DNA of 25,031 nt from the NCBI GenBank assembly GCA_031385045.1, contig JANNBC010000043.1:1-25031 (forward strand). Reading direction: 5' to 3'. The notes under the pieces are model-generated. The model saw only the letters and a list, made by a program, of their open reading frames with translations. It did no database searches and had not been told where the DNA came from. Shown piece after piece: positions 8,575-17,025 of the stretch. The first letter of the stretch is position 1. Every line of letters starts with the position of its first letter. The position numbers and the translations under genes were made by a program. The stretch comes from a bacterium. GTDB lineage: Bacteria > Bdellovibrionota_C > UBA2361 > CALJRW01.

Positions 8575-8712
8575 AGCGTAAATTTATAGATAGATTAACC
8601 TAAGTAATAACTAATCTGCTATTCGGCAATATTTGCTTCTAATATTAGTCTCAATCTCCAAGCCTCCAAAGGAAGTTAATAAAATCAGCATGTTAGCTTA
8701 AACAGCCCTAAT

Positions 8713-8741
8713 TTGCTAAAAAAAACTTCCTTATATATAAT
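8713..8741 (+). promoter_or_regulatory. Sigma70 promoter of the bS22-like gene
   Basis: TTGCTA (8713-8718)-17 bp-TATAAT (8736-8741), 32 bp upstream of the ATG. Confidence 0.7.
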
Positions 8742-8773
8742 TCCCTCTCTAATTTTTTTAAATTGAATTAAAA

Positions 8774-8863
8774 ATGGGCAGTGTAATCAAAAAACGTCGT
8801 AAAAAAATGCGTAAACATAAGCATAAAAAACTTTTAGCGAAAACACGAAATAGTCGTAAGTAA
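8774..8863 (+). CDS. Small basic ribosomal protein bS22/mS38 homologue (AURKAIP1/COX24 domain), 29 aa
   Basis: Manual translation MGSVIKKRRKKMRKHKHKKLLAKTRNSRK*; matches the MGSVIKKRRK-x-M-x-K-x-KH-x-KLL signature; below the ORF-track cutoff. Confidence 0.93.
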   Translation: MGSVIKKRRKKMRKHKHKKLLAKTRNSRK

Positions 8864-9215
8864 CTAAAATTATTATAGGCATTCACTGTCTTTGGTGTTA
8901 AAACCATTAAATAATCGGCTTTTAGCTGTTTTATTTAAGTGAATGCTTCTTTCCCCACCACTTCTGTTTGTAATAAATATCGACCTAGTTTGTCGGTTAA
9001 GTTGTAAACTTGATTGATGTTCATCTAGTGGCTACAAATTATTGAATAGTTAGGGCTATGCCTTTATCTCCGTTCAGTCCTAGTTTTTTTTCTTTAGTAC
9101 AACTTTCTAGCCAAGGCGCTTTAACTTCTGGTACGAGTTATGCCCAACAACATCGTTTAAATTTGTTAGCTAATCATCGCGCTCAAAAAATAATCCCAAA
9201 GAGGATTTGCTGGTC

Positions 9216-10937
9216 ATGAGCAAGGATTTAATTTTCAAAATTATCAATTTCTTAGCTCTGGGAATTATCTTGGCCTGCATTATTCCAGCAGGAAAACTTT
9301 TAGAGCTTAACCCCTATTTACTTGGCGGAGATATTTGGTCCGAGAATCATCAAATTATTAATTTATTATATAACTCCTACCATACTTGGAGCTTTGATCC
9401 ACTACTCAGTCGGCTCTTAGCTAACTATCAGAGTCCAGCACTTATATTTACCTACTCTTTCTTCTTTTTTGCTGTTGGCTGGTTCTTATTACTACGCAAA
9501 AACTTGGAACAAGAAAACTCGTTTCTAATCGCAAACTTTAAAAGCCTCATTTTAACGCTAGCAATTCTTGCTACCTTTGGTTTTATTTTTGAAGAAGACT
9601 TAATTCTGCTATCAGCATTTACTTGGGTTCCATTCCTAATCTTGGCAAGTCAAAACTTTCTAGAGAAAAAGTTTACTAGTATTCTTTACCTATTACTTGC
9701 AAGCGCCTTAGTAATTACCAGTAGTAACCAACTTAGCATCCTGTTTTTAGTAATAATCATAGCGGTTCTATTACTACAAAATAAAAATATTCCACTTTCC
9801 CTGACACGCAAATCCTATCAAACAATTGTCATTTTTCTAATTCTTTTATGCAGTTCTTTATACATATTTTACTACCCTAAAACTAATTTTTATGATTATG
9901 CCATTAATCAAAGAGTAATTAGCGAAGACTTTTTAATTGGACTTACGCAGCCACTTTTTGGTCCAGTTAACCCGATAAAGTTTTTAGAACTTAGGAACAT
10001 TGAAACACAGCTAAGTGGAGTCGTGGATTACTTATTACTCTGCTCTATTGCCTTATTATTTTTACTTCGAAGAAACCGAGCAACTTGGGTTTTATTTTTA
10101 TTTAATGCAATTATTTTTTTAGACCAAAGAACTAGCTATCAGCTAAAACATATTCTTCCCCTGGAAACTATTAGCCGGCTTATGCCCCATTGGAGCTTTT
10201 TTGCAATGGCGATTGTTTGCGCAGCTCTTAGTATTGCAATCACTGTGATCTTATTAATTAGTAATAAAAAATCGGATTTGGTGCTCCCATTTTTAGCATT
10301 TTTAGTTACTAGCCATTTGCTATTTAGTTTCCAACCGCCAGAAAGTCTGGAAATGATTCGCGCTAGTACCAATTCCAATTTGACAGTTGATTTTAAACTT
10401 TTAAATTCGCCCTCGGCCCAGATTGTCCTTAGCTCGCCACAGCTAGATTTTTACAAGCTAGAGAAATTAGGGAGAAGAATTTTTCGACCAATCAAAAAAA
10501 TTCATCCTGTGATTACTGCTAGTAATAACCAAGAAGAAATCTCTTTGCTTTTTGATAAAGATCCAGAAACAACTTGGGGAACTAAACTTGGAAAACAGAC
10601 AGGCAAGGAATGGCTATTAATTAGCTTACCACACCCGGTCTTAATTGAAGGACTCAAGATCTCAGCAGGTAGTCGCCATACTGATTTTGCTAGAGGAGTA
10701 AAGGTTAGTGCTAGCCTTAGCTGCGATCCGCAAGAAGCTGATTATCAGATTGTTTATGAAAAAAACCCTTGGATTGGAAGCTTATCCTTTACTAAATTAG
10801 GCTATCCTTATTATACTCATGAAAGTGAAGTAAAGATTTTCTTCCCAAGGACTTCTGTCCAATGTTTAAAGATTGAACAAACTGGAGAAAATCTAAATTT
10901 TGAATGGGCAATTAACGAGATCAAATTTTTAAAGTAA
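9216..10937 (+). CDS. Polytopic membrane protein with C-terminal discoidin (F5/8 type C, CBM32-like) domain
   Basis: About 10-12 hydrophobic segments in aa 1-375; C-terminal LFDKDPETTWGT...QTGKEWLLISL...LKIEQTG...WAINEI pattern. ATG 9216 preferred over TTG 9207. Confidence 0.7.
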   Translation: MSKDLIFKIINFLALGIILACIIPAGKLLELNPYLLGGDIWSENHQIINLLYNSYHTWSFDPLLSRLLANYQSPALIFTYSFFFFAVGWFLLLRKNLEQENSFLIANFKSLILTLAILATFGFIFEEDLILLSAFTWVPFLILASQNFLEKKFTSILYLLLASALVITSSNQLSILFLVIIIAVLLLQNKNIPLSLTRKSYQTIVIFLILLCSSLYIFYYPKTNFYDYAINQRVISEDFLIGLTQPLFGPVNPIKFLELRNIETQLSGVVDYLLLCSIALLFLLRRNRATWVLFLFNAIIFLDQRTSYQLKHILPLETISRLMPHWSFFAMAIVCAALSIAITVILLISNKKSDLVLPFLAFLVTSHLLFSFQPPESLEMIRASTNSNLTVDFKLLNSPSAQIVLSSPQLDFYKLEKLGRRIFRPIKKIHPVITASNNQEEISLLFDKDPETTWGTKLGKQTGKEWLLISLPHPVLIEGLKISAGSRHTDFARGVKVSASLSCDPQEADYQIVYEKNPWIGSLSFTKLGYPYYTHESEVKIFFPRTSVQCLKIEQTGENLNFEWAINEIKFLK

Positions 10938-12649
10938 TGGCTAAAGCAATTGGTAAAATTAGTTTTTTAAAACCTGGGAAATATCAAGCCTTCCCACCTT
11001 TAGATCTTCCCAATAGATCGTGGCCAAGCAAACAAATTACCAAAGCTCCCATCTGGTGTAGCGTAGATTTACGAGATGGAAATCAAGCATTAATTAACCC
11101 CCTTAGTCATCAACAAAAATTAGAAATGTTTCAGTTGCTTTGCAACTTAGGATTTAAAGAAATTGAAATTGGGTTTCCTTCTGCGTCACAGGTGGAATAT
11201 GACTTTACAAGAGCCTTAGTAGAGGAAGACTTAATTCCCGAAGATGTGACGCCACAAGTTCTTTGTCAGGCCAGAGAGCCATTAATTCGTCGCACTTTTG
11301 AAGCTTTGGCAGGATATAAAAAAATTATATTTCATCTTTATAACCCGACATCAACTCTTCAACGCAAAGTTGTTTTCAATAAAAGTACTAAAGAAATTAT
11401 TGAGATTGCTACCACTGCTGTTAAACTAATTAAAGAAATTGCTAGCTCGCAAAAAACAGAAGTTGTTTTGCAATATTCACCAGAGAGCTTTACTGGAACA
11501 GAAATGGAATTTGCCAAAGAGATTTGCGAAGCTGTAATGGATGCTTGGGGGGCTAGTCCAGAAAATAAAATTATCCTTAATTTGCCGTCAACAGTTGAAC
11601 TTCATACCCCCAATATACATGCCGACCAAATTGAATGGTTTACTAAGAATGTTAAGAATCGCGATGCTTATATTCTGAGTCTACACACTCATAATGATCG
11701 TGGAACTGGAATTGCTTCAACAGAATTAGGGTTGCTTGCTGGGGCGGATCGAGTGGAGGGAACTCTATTTGGAAATGGCGAAAGAACTGGCAATGTTGAT
11801 TTAATAATTCTTGCACTTAATCTTTTTACTCAAGGAATCGATCCCGAAATCAATTTGAGTCAGATAGATCAACTGCGAGAAATCTCAGAGCGACTAACTG
11901 AGCTACCAGTGCATCAGCGTCATCCCTATGCTGGAGACTTGGTCTTCACAGCGTTTTCAGGCTCCCATCAAGATGCCATTAAAAAAGGGATGGACCTGAT
12001 GAGAGAAAATAAAGGTACTGATCATTCGTGTTGGGCAGTCCCCTATTTACCAATCGATCCAAATGATATTGGTCGAAGTTATGAAGCAATTATTCGGATT
12101 AATAGTCAGTCTGGAAAAGGTGGAATAGCTTTTGTCTTAGAAAATGAATTTGCTTATCGCTTACCTAAGTCAATGCATCCCGAAGTAAGTCAGATTATTC
12201 AAACAGTTTCTGATAGCTGTGGTAAGGAAATCTCCGCACAACAAATTAAAGAAGAATTTTTAAAGAATTTTTCTAACTTAAAAGTACCTATTAAATTTAT
12301 TAATTTCAACTCGACTCCTTCTCCAGAAGACACTGAGACAGTAGATTGTTGTTTAACGGCAGAGCTCTATGGCGAAGAGCGCATTATTTATGGCAATGGA
12401 AATGGTCCAATCAATGCCTGCAAACATGCTCTCACCAAACTTCTGCCTTGCAGTTTTTCACTAACGGACTTCAGCCAACATGCCCTAAAAGCGGGAAGTA
12501 GCTCGGAGGCAATTTCTTATATTCAGATTCAAGATCTTAATCACCATTTTTCTTGTTATGGTGTTGGCATTGATGCCAACACTGACAAAGCCTCGATTAA
12601 GGCTCTAATTAGTGCACTTAACAGAATACTCAATCAACATGCAAATTAA
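10937..12649 (+). CDS. leuA: 2-isopropylmalate synthase (LeuA type 2, yeast/actinobacterial-like)
   Basis: WCSVDLRDGNQAL, QYSPESF, HTHNDRG, GNGERTGN, FSGSHQDAI, INSQSGKGG; regulatory domain GNGPI. TAATG overlap with the upstream gene. Confidence 0.96.
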   Translation: MAKAIGKISFLKPGKYQAFPPLDLPNRSWPSKQITKAPIWCSVDLRDGNQALINPLSHQQKLEMFQLLCNLGFKEIEIGFPSASQVEYDFTRALVEEDLIPEDVTPQVLCQAREPLIRRTFEALAGYKKIIFHLYNPTSTLQRKVVFNKSTKEIIEIATTAVKLIKEIASSQKTEVVLQYSPESFTGTEMEFAKEICEAVMDAWGASPENKIILNLPSTVELHTPNIHADQIEWFTKNVKNRDAYILSLHTHNDRGTGIASTELGLLAGADRVEGTLFGNGERTGNVDLIILALNLFTQGIDPEINLSQIDQLREISERLTELPVHQRHPYAGDLVFTAFSGSHQDAIKKGMDLMRENKGTDHSCWAVPYLPIDPNDIGRSYEAIIRINSQSGKGGIAFVLENEFAYRLPKSMHPEVSQIIQTVSDSCGKEISAQQIKEEFLKNFSNLKVPIKFINFNSTPSPEDTETVDCCLTAELYGEERIIYGNGNGPINACKHALTKLLPCSFSLTDFSQHALKAGSSSEAISYIQIQDLNHHFSCYGVGIDANTDKASIKALISALNRILNQHAN

Positions 12650-13376
12650 ATCAATCGGCATTATTGGTTTTGGTTCTATGGGTGAATTAATTGCCAAAGA
12701 GGCAAGTAAATATCTTTCAAATGAAGCAATCAAAATTGTCGAAACCAAACAACTTCCGAATGACTTTGATTATTCAATAATTAATTTTTCAGAGCTTAAA
12801 AATTGCGATCTCATTATCCCGGCAGTTTCTGCTAAAAACTTAGAAACAGTTGCCTGCCAATTAGAAAAATTAGAACTGAACGGCCAACAAATAATTTGCT
12901 CAATCTCGGCTACAATGACTTATGCTGAAAAAATCCTAAGACAATACCTAGCAAATAGTCAGATTATCTTAACTCATCCACTATTTGGGCCAGCTAGCTT
13001 TAAACAAAACCACAATTCGCTTCAAAATTTAGAAGTAGTATTTTGCTTAAATTACTGTCGCTCAACTAGCAAAGCTTTCATTAGAAATTTCTTCACAAAA
13101 GTTGGTTTAAAGACACATGAGGTTAGTCCAGTGGAGCACGATCAAATCATGTCTAAAAATCATTTAATTCCATTTATGTTAAGTCACATCTTAAAAGACT
13201 ATGATTTTATAAAAAGTGACTTTCATACTAAATCATTTAATGAGTTAACTAAGTTTCTTGATCATACTTCCTATAATCCTGAAGTCTTAGATGAGATTGT
13301 AACTTATAATCCTTATGCCTGGAGTGAATTAGAGAATTTTAACACGCTCCTTAGCAAATACAGCAAACGAACTTAG
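12639..13376 (+). CDS. tyrA: Prephenate/arogenate dehydrogenase, monofunctional and divergent
   Basis: Rossmann motif IGIIGFGSMG, THPLFGP and SPVEHD. Start moved to ATG 12639, which overlaps the leuA end by 11 bp. Confidence 0.8.
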   Translation: MQIKSIGIIGFGSMGELIAKEASKYLSNEAIKIVETKQLPNDFDYSIINFSELKNCDLIIPAVSAKNLETVACQLEKLELNGQQIICSISATMTYAEKILRQYLANSQIILTHPLFGPASFKQNHNSLQNLEVVFCLNYCRSTSKAFIRNFFTKVGLKTHEVSPVEHDQIMSKNHLIPFMLSHILKDYDFIKSDFHTKSFNELTKFLDHTSYNPEVLDEIVTYNPYAWSELENFNTLLSKYSKRT

Positions 13377-13455
13377 CCATCCTTAGACTAGAATAGCTGT
13401 TTAGCCATCAACCAATTAACTTTAAAGTCCTTAATTTTTGTACTAAAGTAATTAA

Positions 13456-14277
13456 ATGATGAAACATATTTTCTTTCTGGGACCTGTTGGCACATTTAGT
13501 TCTCAAGTTGCCTTAAAACTTTTTGATCCAAAAAATGAGCATCTGACTGCCTGTTCTACATTCGAAGAAGTTGTTGAGCAATTAACCGATGATCACCACT
13601 TGGGAATTTTACCAATTGAAAATTCTATTAGTAATAATGTACATCAGGTGATCGATCTAATTATTAAAAACCAATTAAGCATCGTTGATGAGGCCTTTCT
13701 CTCGGTCAACTTTAACCTTGTAGGACTGGCTAGTAGTAACATTGCTCAGATTAAAACCGTGATTGCCCATCCAATGGCCGCAGTTCAATGCGAAAATATT
13801 CTTAAATCACTTGGAGTGAAAGTCTTAAATTCCAAAAGCAATATTCACTCTCAAGAGCTACTACTGTCCAAGAACGATCCAACATACGCAGCTCTAACTA
13901 ACGAACTTATTGTAGAATCTGATAGCCTGCAAATTTTTCAAAGTAACGTAGCTGACTATCAACATAATTATACTCGTTTCGTAGTGGTCAGCAGATCAGC
14001 AGTTAACCTACTCACTGACTATCCTAAAATTTCAGTACTCTTTAAAACGCCTCATCAGCCAGGTAGTTTAGCTAAAATACTCAGTAAATTAGCAGCTCAT
14101 CACTTAAATTTAACTAAAATCGAATCTCGGCCGATACCTGGTACAGACTGGGAGTATCTCTTTTGGGTGGATCTTGAAAAAAATGACTATAAAGTCAATA
14201 ATCTTGTCCACCTTTTAGAAAACGAAGTCACATATTTAAACATAATTGGACTTTATCCAACCGGAAAAACGTATTGA
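13456..14277 (+). CDS. pheA: Prephenate dehydratase (PDT + ACT, no chorismate mutase domain)
   Basis: [24 protein letters not shown] and NLTKIESRP motifs. Confidence 0.9.
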   Translation: MMKHIFFLGPVGTFSSQVALKLFDPKNEHLTACSTFEEVVEQLTDDHHLGILPIENSISNNVHQVIDLIIKNQLSIVDEAFLSVNFNLVGLASSNIAQIKTVIAHPMAAVQCENILKSLGVKVLNSKSNIHSQELLLSKNDPTYAALTNELIVESDSLQIFQSNVADYQHNYTRFVVVSRSAVNLLTDYPKISVLFKTPHQPGSLAKILSKLAAHHLNLTKIESRPIPGTDWEYLFWVDLEKNDYKVNNLVHLLENEVTYLNIIGLYPTGKTY

Positions 14278-15506
14278 TGTTTGATTACGAAAAACATTTT
14301 GCAGATGTTATCACCAAAGTTAAAGACGAAAATCGCTATCGTAAATTTATTAACTTAAGCAGAAAAGTTGGTAACTTTCCTAAAGCTACCTATCAAGATC
14401 AAGAAGTTACTGTTTGGTGTAGCAATGATTATCTAGGAATGGGACAGCATCCTGCTGTTTTAAAAGCCATGGAAGAAGCAATTAGGATTTATGGTGCAGG
14501 CTCTGGTGGTACTAGAAATATCTCTGGAACACATGCCAAAATAATCGAGCTAGAAGCTGAGCTGGCAGATTTACATGAAAAAGACGCTGGTCTTGTCTTT
14601 GGTTCCGGATATCTTTGCAATCAAACAGTGCTGGCAACTCTTGGCAAAATTATTCCTGAATTAGTTTATTTTTCAGATAGCTTAAATCATGCCTCAATGA
14701 TTGAAGGTATTAAACATTCCCGAGTAGAAAGAGCAATTTTTGAACACAACGATCTAGAGCACTTAGAGCAATTACTTCAGGCTTATCCCTTAGAACGTCC
14801 AAAGATGATTGTCTTTGAAGCAGTCTATTCGATGGATGCCGACCTTGCACCAGTGAAAGAAATTTGTGCTTTAGCCAAAAAATATGGCGCGATGACTTAT
14901 ATTGATGAAGTCCATGCAGTGGGTATGTACGGATCACGTGGTGGTGGAATAAGCGATGAGTTGGGGCTTTCTGCGGAATTAACTATTATTCAAGGGACGC
15001 TAGCAAAAGCCTATGGTTGTCTTGGTGGATATATCACTGGTTCAACTAGCTTAATTGATGCTGTCCGATCTTTTGCTCCTGGTTTTATTTTTACAACTTC
15101 GATTACACCGGCCTTGGCTGCTGGAGCAATTGCCAGTATTAAACATTTAAAAAATTCTTCGACAGAAAGAGAACAGCTATTACTGCGAGCCAAGCAACTA
15201 AAAACAGCACTAGATAAATACGAAATTAAATTTATTAATGAGCCAAGTCATATTGTTCCAATTATCATTGGCGATGCCAAACTTTGCCAGCAACTTGCTG
15301 AATATTTATTACTAGAGCATCAGATCTACGTTCAAGCAATTAATTATCCGACTGTCCCTCGAGGGACGGAAAGACTACGGATTACACCAAGCCCAGAACA
15401 CACCGAAGAGATGATTGAAAAGTTTGCTTTAGCAATTAAAACCTTTTTAAATCTTGGCCTAGCGACAAACAAATCAGCCACTAGTAGCAGAGAGCAACTA
15501 ATTTAG
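14277..15506 (+). CDS. hemA: 5-aminolevulinate synthase (Shemin/C4 pathway; not glutamyl-tRNA reductase)
   Basis: ALAS-type motifs [53 protein letters not shown] (PLP lysine), [17 protein letters not shown] and ERLRITP. ATG overlaps the pheA stop (TGATG). Confidence 0.92.
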   Translation: MFDYEKHFADVITKVKDENRYRKFINLSRKVGNFPKATYQDQEVTVWCSNDYLGMGQHPAVLKAMEEAIRIYGAGSGGTRNISGTHAKIIELEAELADLHEKDAGLVFGSGYLCNQTVLATLGKIIPELVYFSDSLNHASMIEGIKHSRVERAIFEHNDLEHLEQLLQAYPLERPKMIVFEAVYSMDADLAPVKEICALAKKYGAMTYIDEVHAVGMYGSRGGGISDELGLSAELTIIQGTLAKAYGCLGGYITGSTSLIDAVRSFAPGFIFTTSITPALAAGAIASIKHLKNSSTEREQLLLRAKQLKTALDKYEIKFINEPSHIVPIIIGDAKLCQQLAEYLLLEHQIYVQAINYPTVPRGTERLRITPSPEHTEEMIEKFALAIKTFLNLGLATNKSATSSREQLI

Positions 15507-15508
15507 TA

Positions 15509-16879
15509 CTAAAAATATCCTAAAGACTTAAGCGTTTGCACATCCTTTGGATCCATAGCCGAGGGCTTTACCTGATCGCGAGAATATTTCTGATTATCTC
15601 TTTGATATTCTTCTAACTTTGAACTTAAAAATGGAAAAGGTGCTTGCTCACAACTTACTGGCGCTGTTTCTGTAGGATCTTTTAATAAGTCAAAGCAACG
15701 TTTTCCATCTCGAAAGTTAATCACTTTAGAATTCTGATTTCTAGCTGCTAGACGATTAAAAACATTATCTTGGTATGATTCGCTAATGGTGAATTCTCTC
15801 TTAAGAGTAGTGTCTTTGATCAACTCAAATAAATTAAAACCACCAGTCTCTTGAACATCTGTCAATTTAAAGAAATTGACCATGCTTGGTAAGATATCAA
15901 TGCTAGAAGTAAGTCCACTATATTGCTCTACTGGCTTAGTAAGCTTACCAGGAAGTCTGATAGCCAAAGGAATTCTAATATTATTCTCGTAAAGTTCTGC
16001 TCCATGCTCTAAGTAATACTCATGCTCTGATAAACTCTCCCCATGATCCGCAGAAAAAACAATCATAGAATTGCTGAGCAATCCCATTGCTGTAAGCTCC
16101 TTAAAAAAACTGGCGAACTGTATATCTAAATACCTAATTTCATCATCATAGTTATCAATGTAATGGTTAATATCAGTTAAGCCATCTACTACTTCAGCAC
16201 TAGGCAGTAATTGATATTCAGGGAGTAGAGAATTTTGGACAAGGTTCTTAGAATTAGAGTGAAAATAGTTGCGATATTCCTCAGGGGGGTAATAGGGTCC
16301 ATGGGGATCCATTAGATGGATCCAAAGAAAAAACTGTTTATTTTTAAAATCTTTTAGTATTTTTAAGGAAGCTTTAAAAGTATTTTTAGCATTTCTTTGC
16401 AAATGATCTTTGCGGTTAAGCTCTTCCTCATCTACATGCAGATCAAAGGTATCAAAATCTCGCTTTAAACCACTGTACTCATGCTTTAAGGCAATATTAC
16501 TAATAACAGCAGCAGTTTTAAAATTATTTTTTTTAAAAATGCTAGTTAAAGTTTGAATTTTATTATTTAGTGGCTCGCGGTTATTTCTAATTTGCAGTTT
16601 GTTTGGATATAATCCAGTAAAAAGGGAGGCGATACTTGGGCCTGTTTTTGGGCGCGGAGTAATATGATTATTAAAAACAATGCTTTCCTTGGAGAATTGA
16701 TCTAAAAAGGGTGATGTTGCTCGAGCATAACCATAAAATCCTAAATGGTCAGCACGCAGGGTATCAACTGTGATTAAGATTAGGTTACAGTCAGAACAAT
16801 TTGCTTCTTCCTCTTTCTGATTGAAAAACCAAAAAGCCGAAACTAATAATATGAGTAAAATTGTAAGACCGACCTTCAT
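15509..16879 (-). CDS. Membrane-anchored sulfatase-like hydrolase/transferase (alkaline phosphatase superfamily)
   Basis: LITVDTLRADHL, TGPSIASLFTG, HLMDPHGPY, FSADHGE, EHG and C-terminal LKSLGY; N-terminal transmembrane segment. Confidence 0.88.
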   Translation of the reverse strand: MKVGLTILLILLVSAFWFFNQKEEEANCSDCNLILITVDTLRADHLGFYGYARATSPFLDQFSKESIVFNNHITPRPKTGPSIASLFTGLYPNKLQIRNNREPLNNKIQTLTSIFKKNNFKTAAVISNIALKHEYSGLKRDFDTFDLHVDEEELNRKDHLQRNAKNTFKASLKILKDFKNKQFFLWIHLMDPHGPYYPPEEYRNYFHSNSKNLVQNSLLPEYQLLPSAEVVDGLTDINHYIDNYDDEIRYLDIQFASFFKELTAMGLLSNSMIVFSADHGESLSEHEYYLEHGAELYENNIRIPLAIRLPGKLTKPVEQYSGLTSSIDILPSMVNFFKLTDVQETGGFNLFELIKDTTLKREFTISESYQDNVFNRLAARNQNSKVINFRDGKRCFDLLKDPTETAPVSCEQAPFPFLSSKLEEYQRDNQKYSRDQVKPSAMDPKDVQTLKSLGYF

Positions 16880-16974
16880 GTCCTATAGATAAACATACTT
16901 AAGATAAAAAGTCATGGGGGGTGATTGCTTTAAATGCTTGTAGAATTAAATTTAAATGGACAATAAGGAAATTA

Positions 16975-17017
16975 GCCTAGAGCCTTTTACCCCCCAATGG
17001 AAGATAAAAGGCTAGGC
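16975..17017 (-). terminator. Stem-loop just downstream of the beta-helix gene, possible terminator
   Basis: AGCCTTTTA (16981-16989) pairs with TAAAAGGCT (17005-17013), extended by GCCT/AGGC; 8 bp after the stop; U-tract weak. Confidence 0.5.
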
Positions 17018-17025
17018 ATAATAAA

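Noticed and set aside
8760..9024. Minus-strand frame MNINQVYNLTDKLGRYLLQTEVVGKEAFT*IKQLK...
   Set aside because: Stops after 29 codons, has no recognisable homology, and its continuation is antisense to the bS22-like gene.
14277..15506. Alternative call as BioF, Kbl or a C5N-cluster cyclizing ALAS
   Set aside because: Motifs are ALAS-type, and no amide synthetase, acyl-CoA ligase or PKS gene is adjacent.
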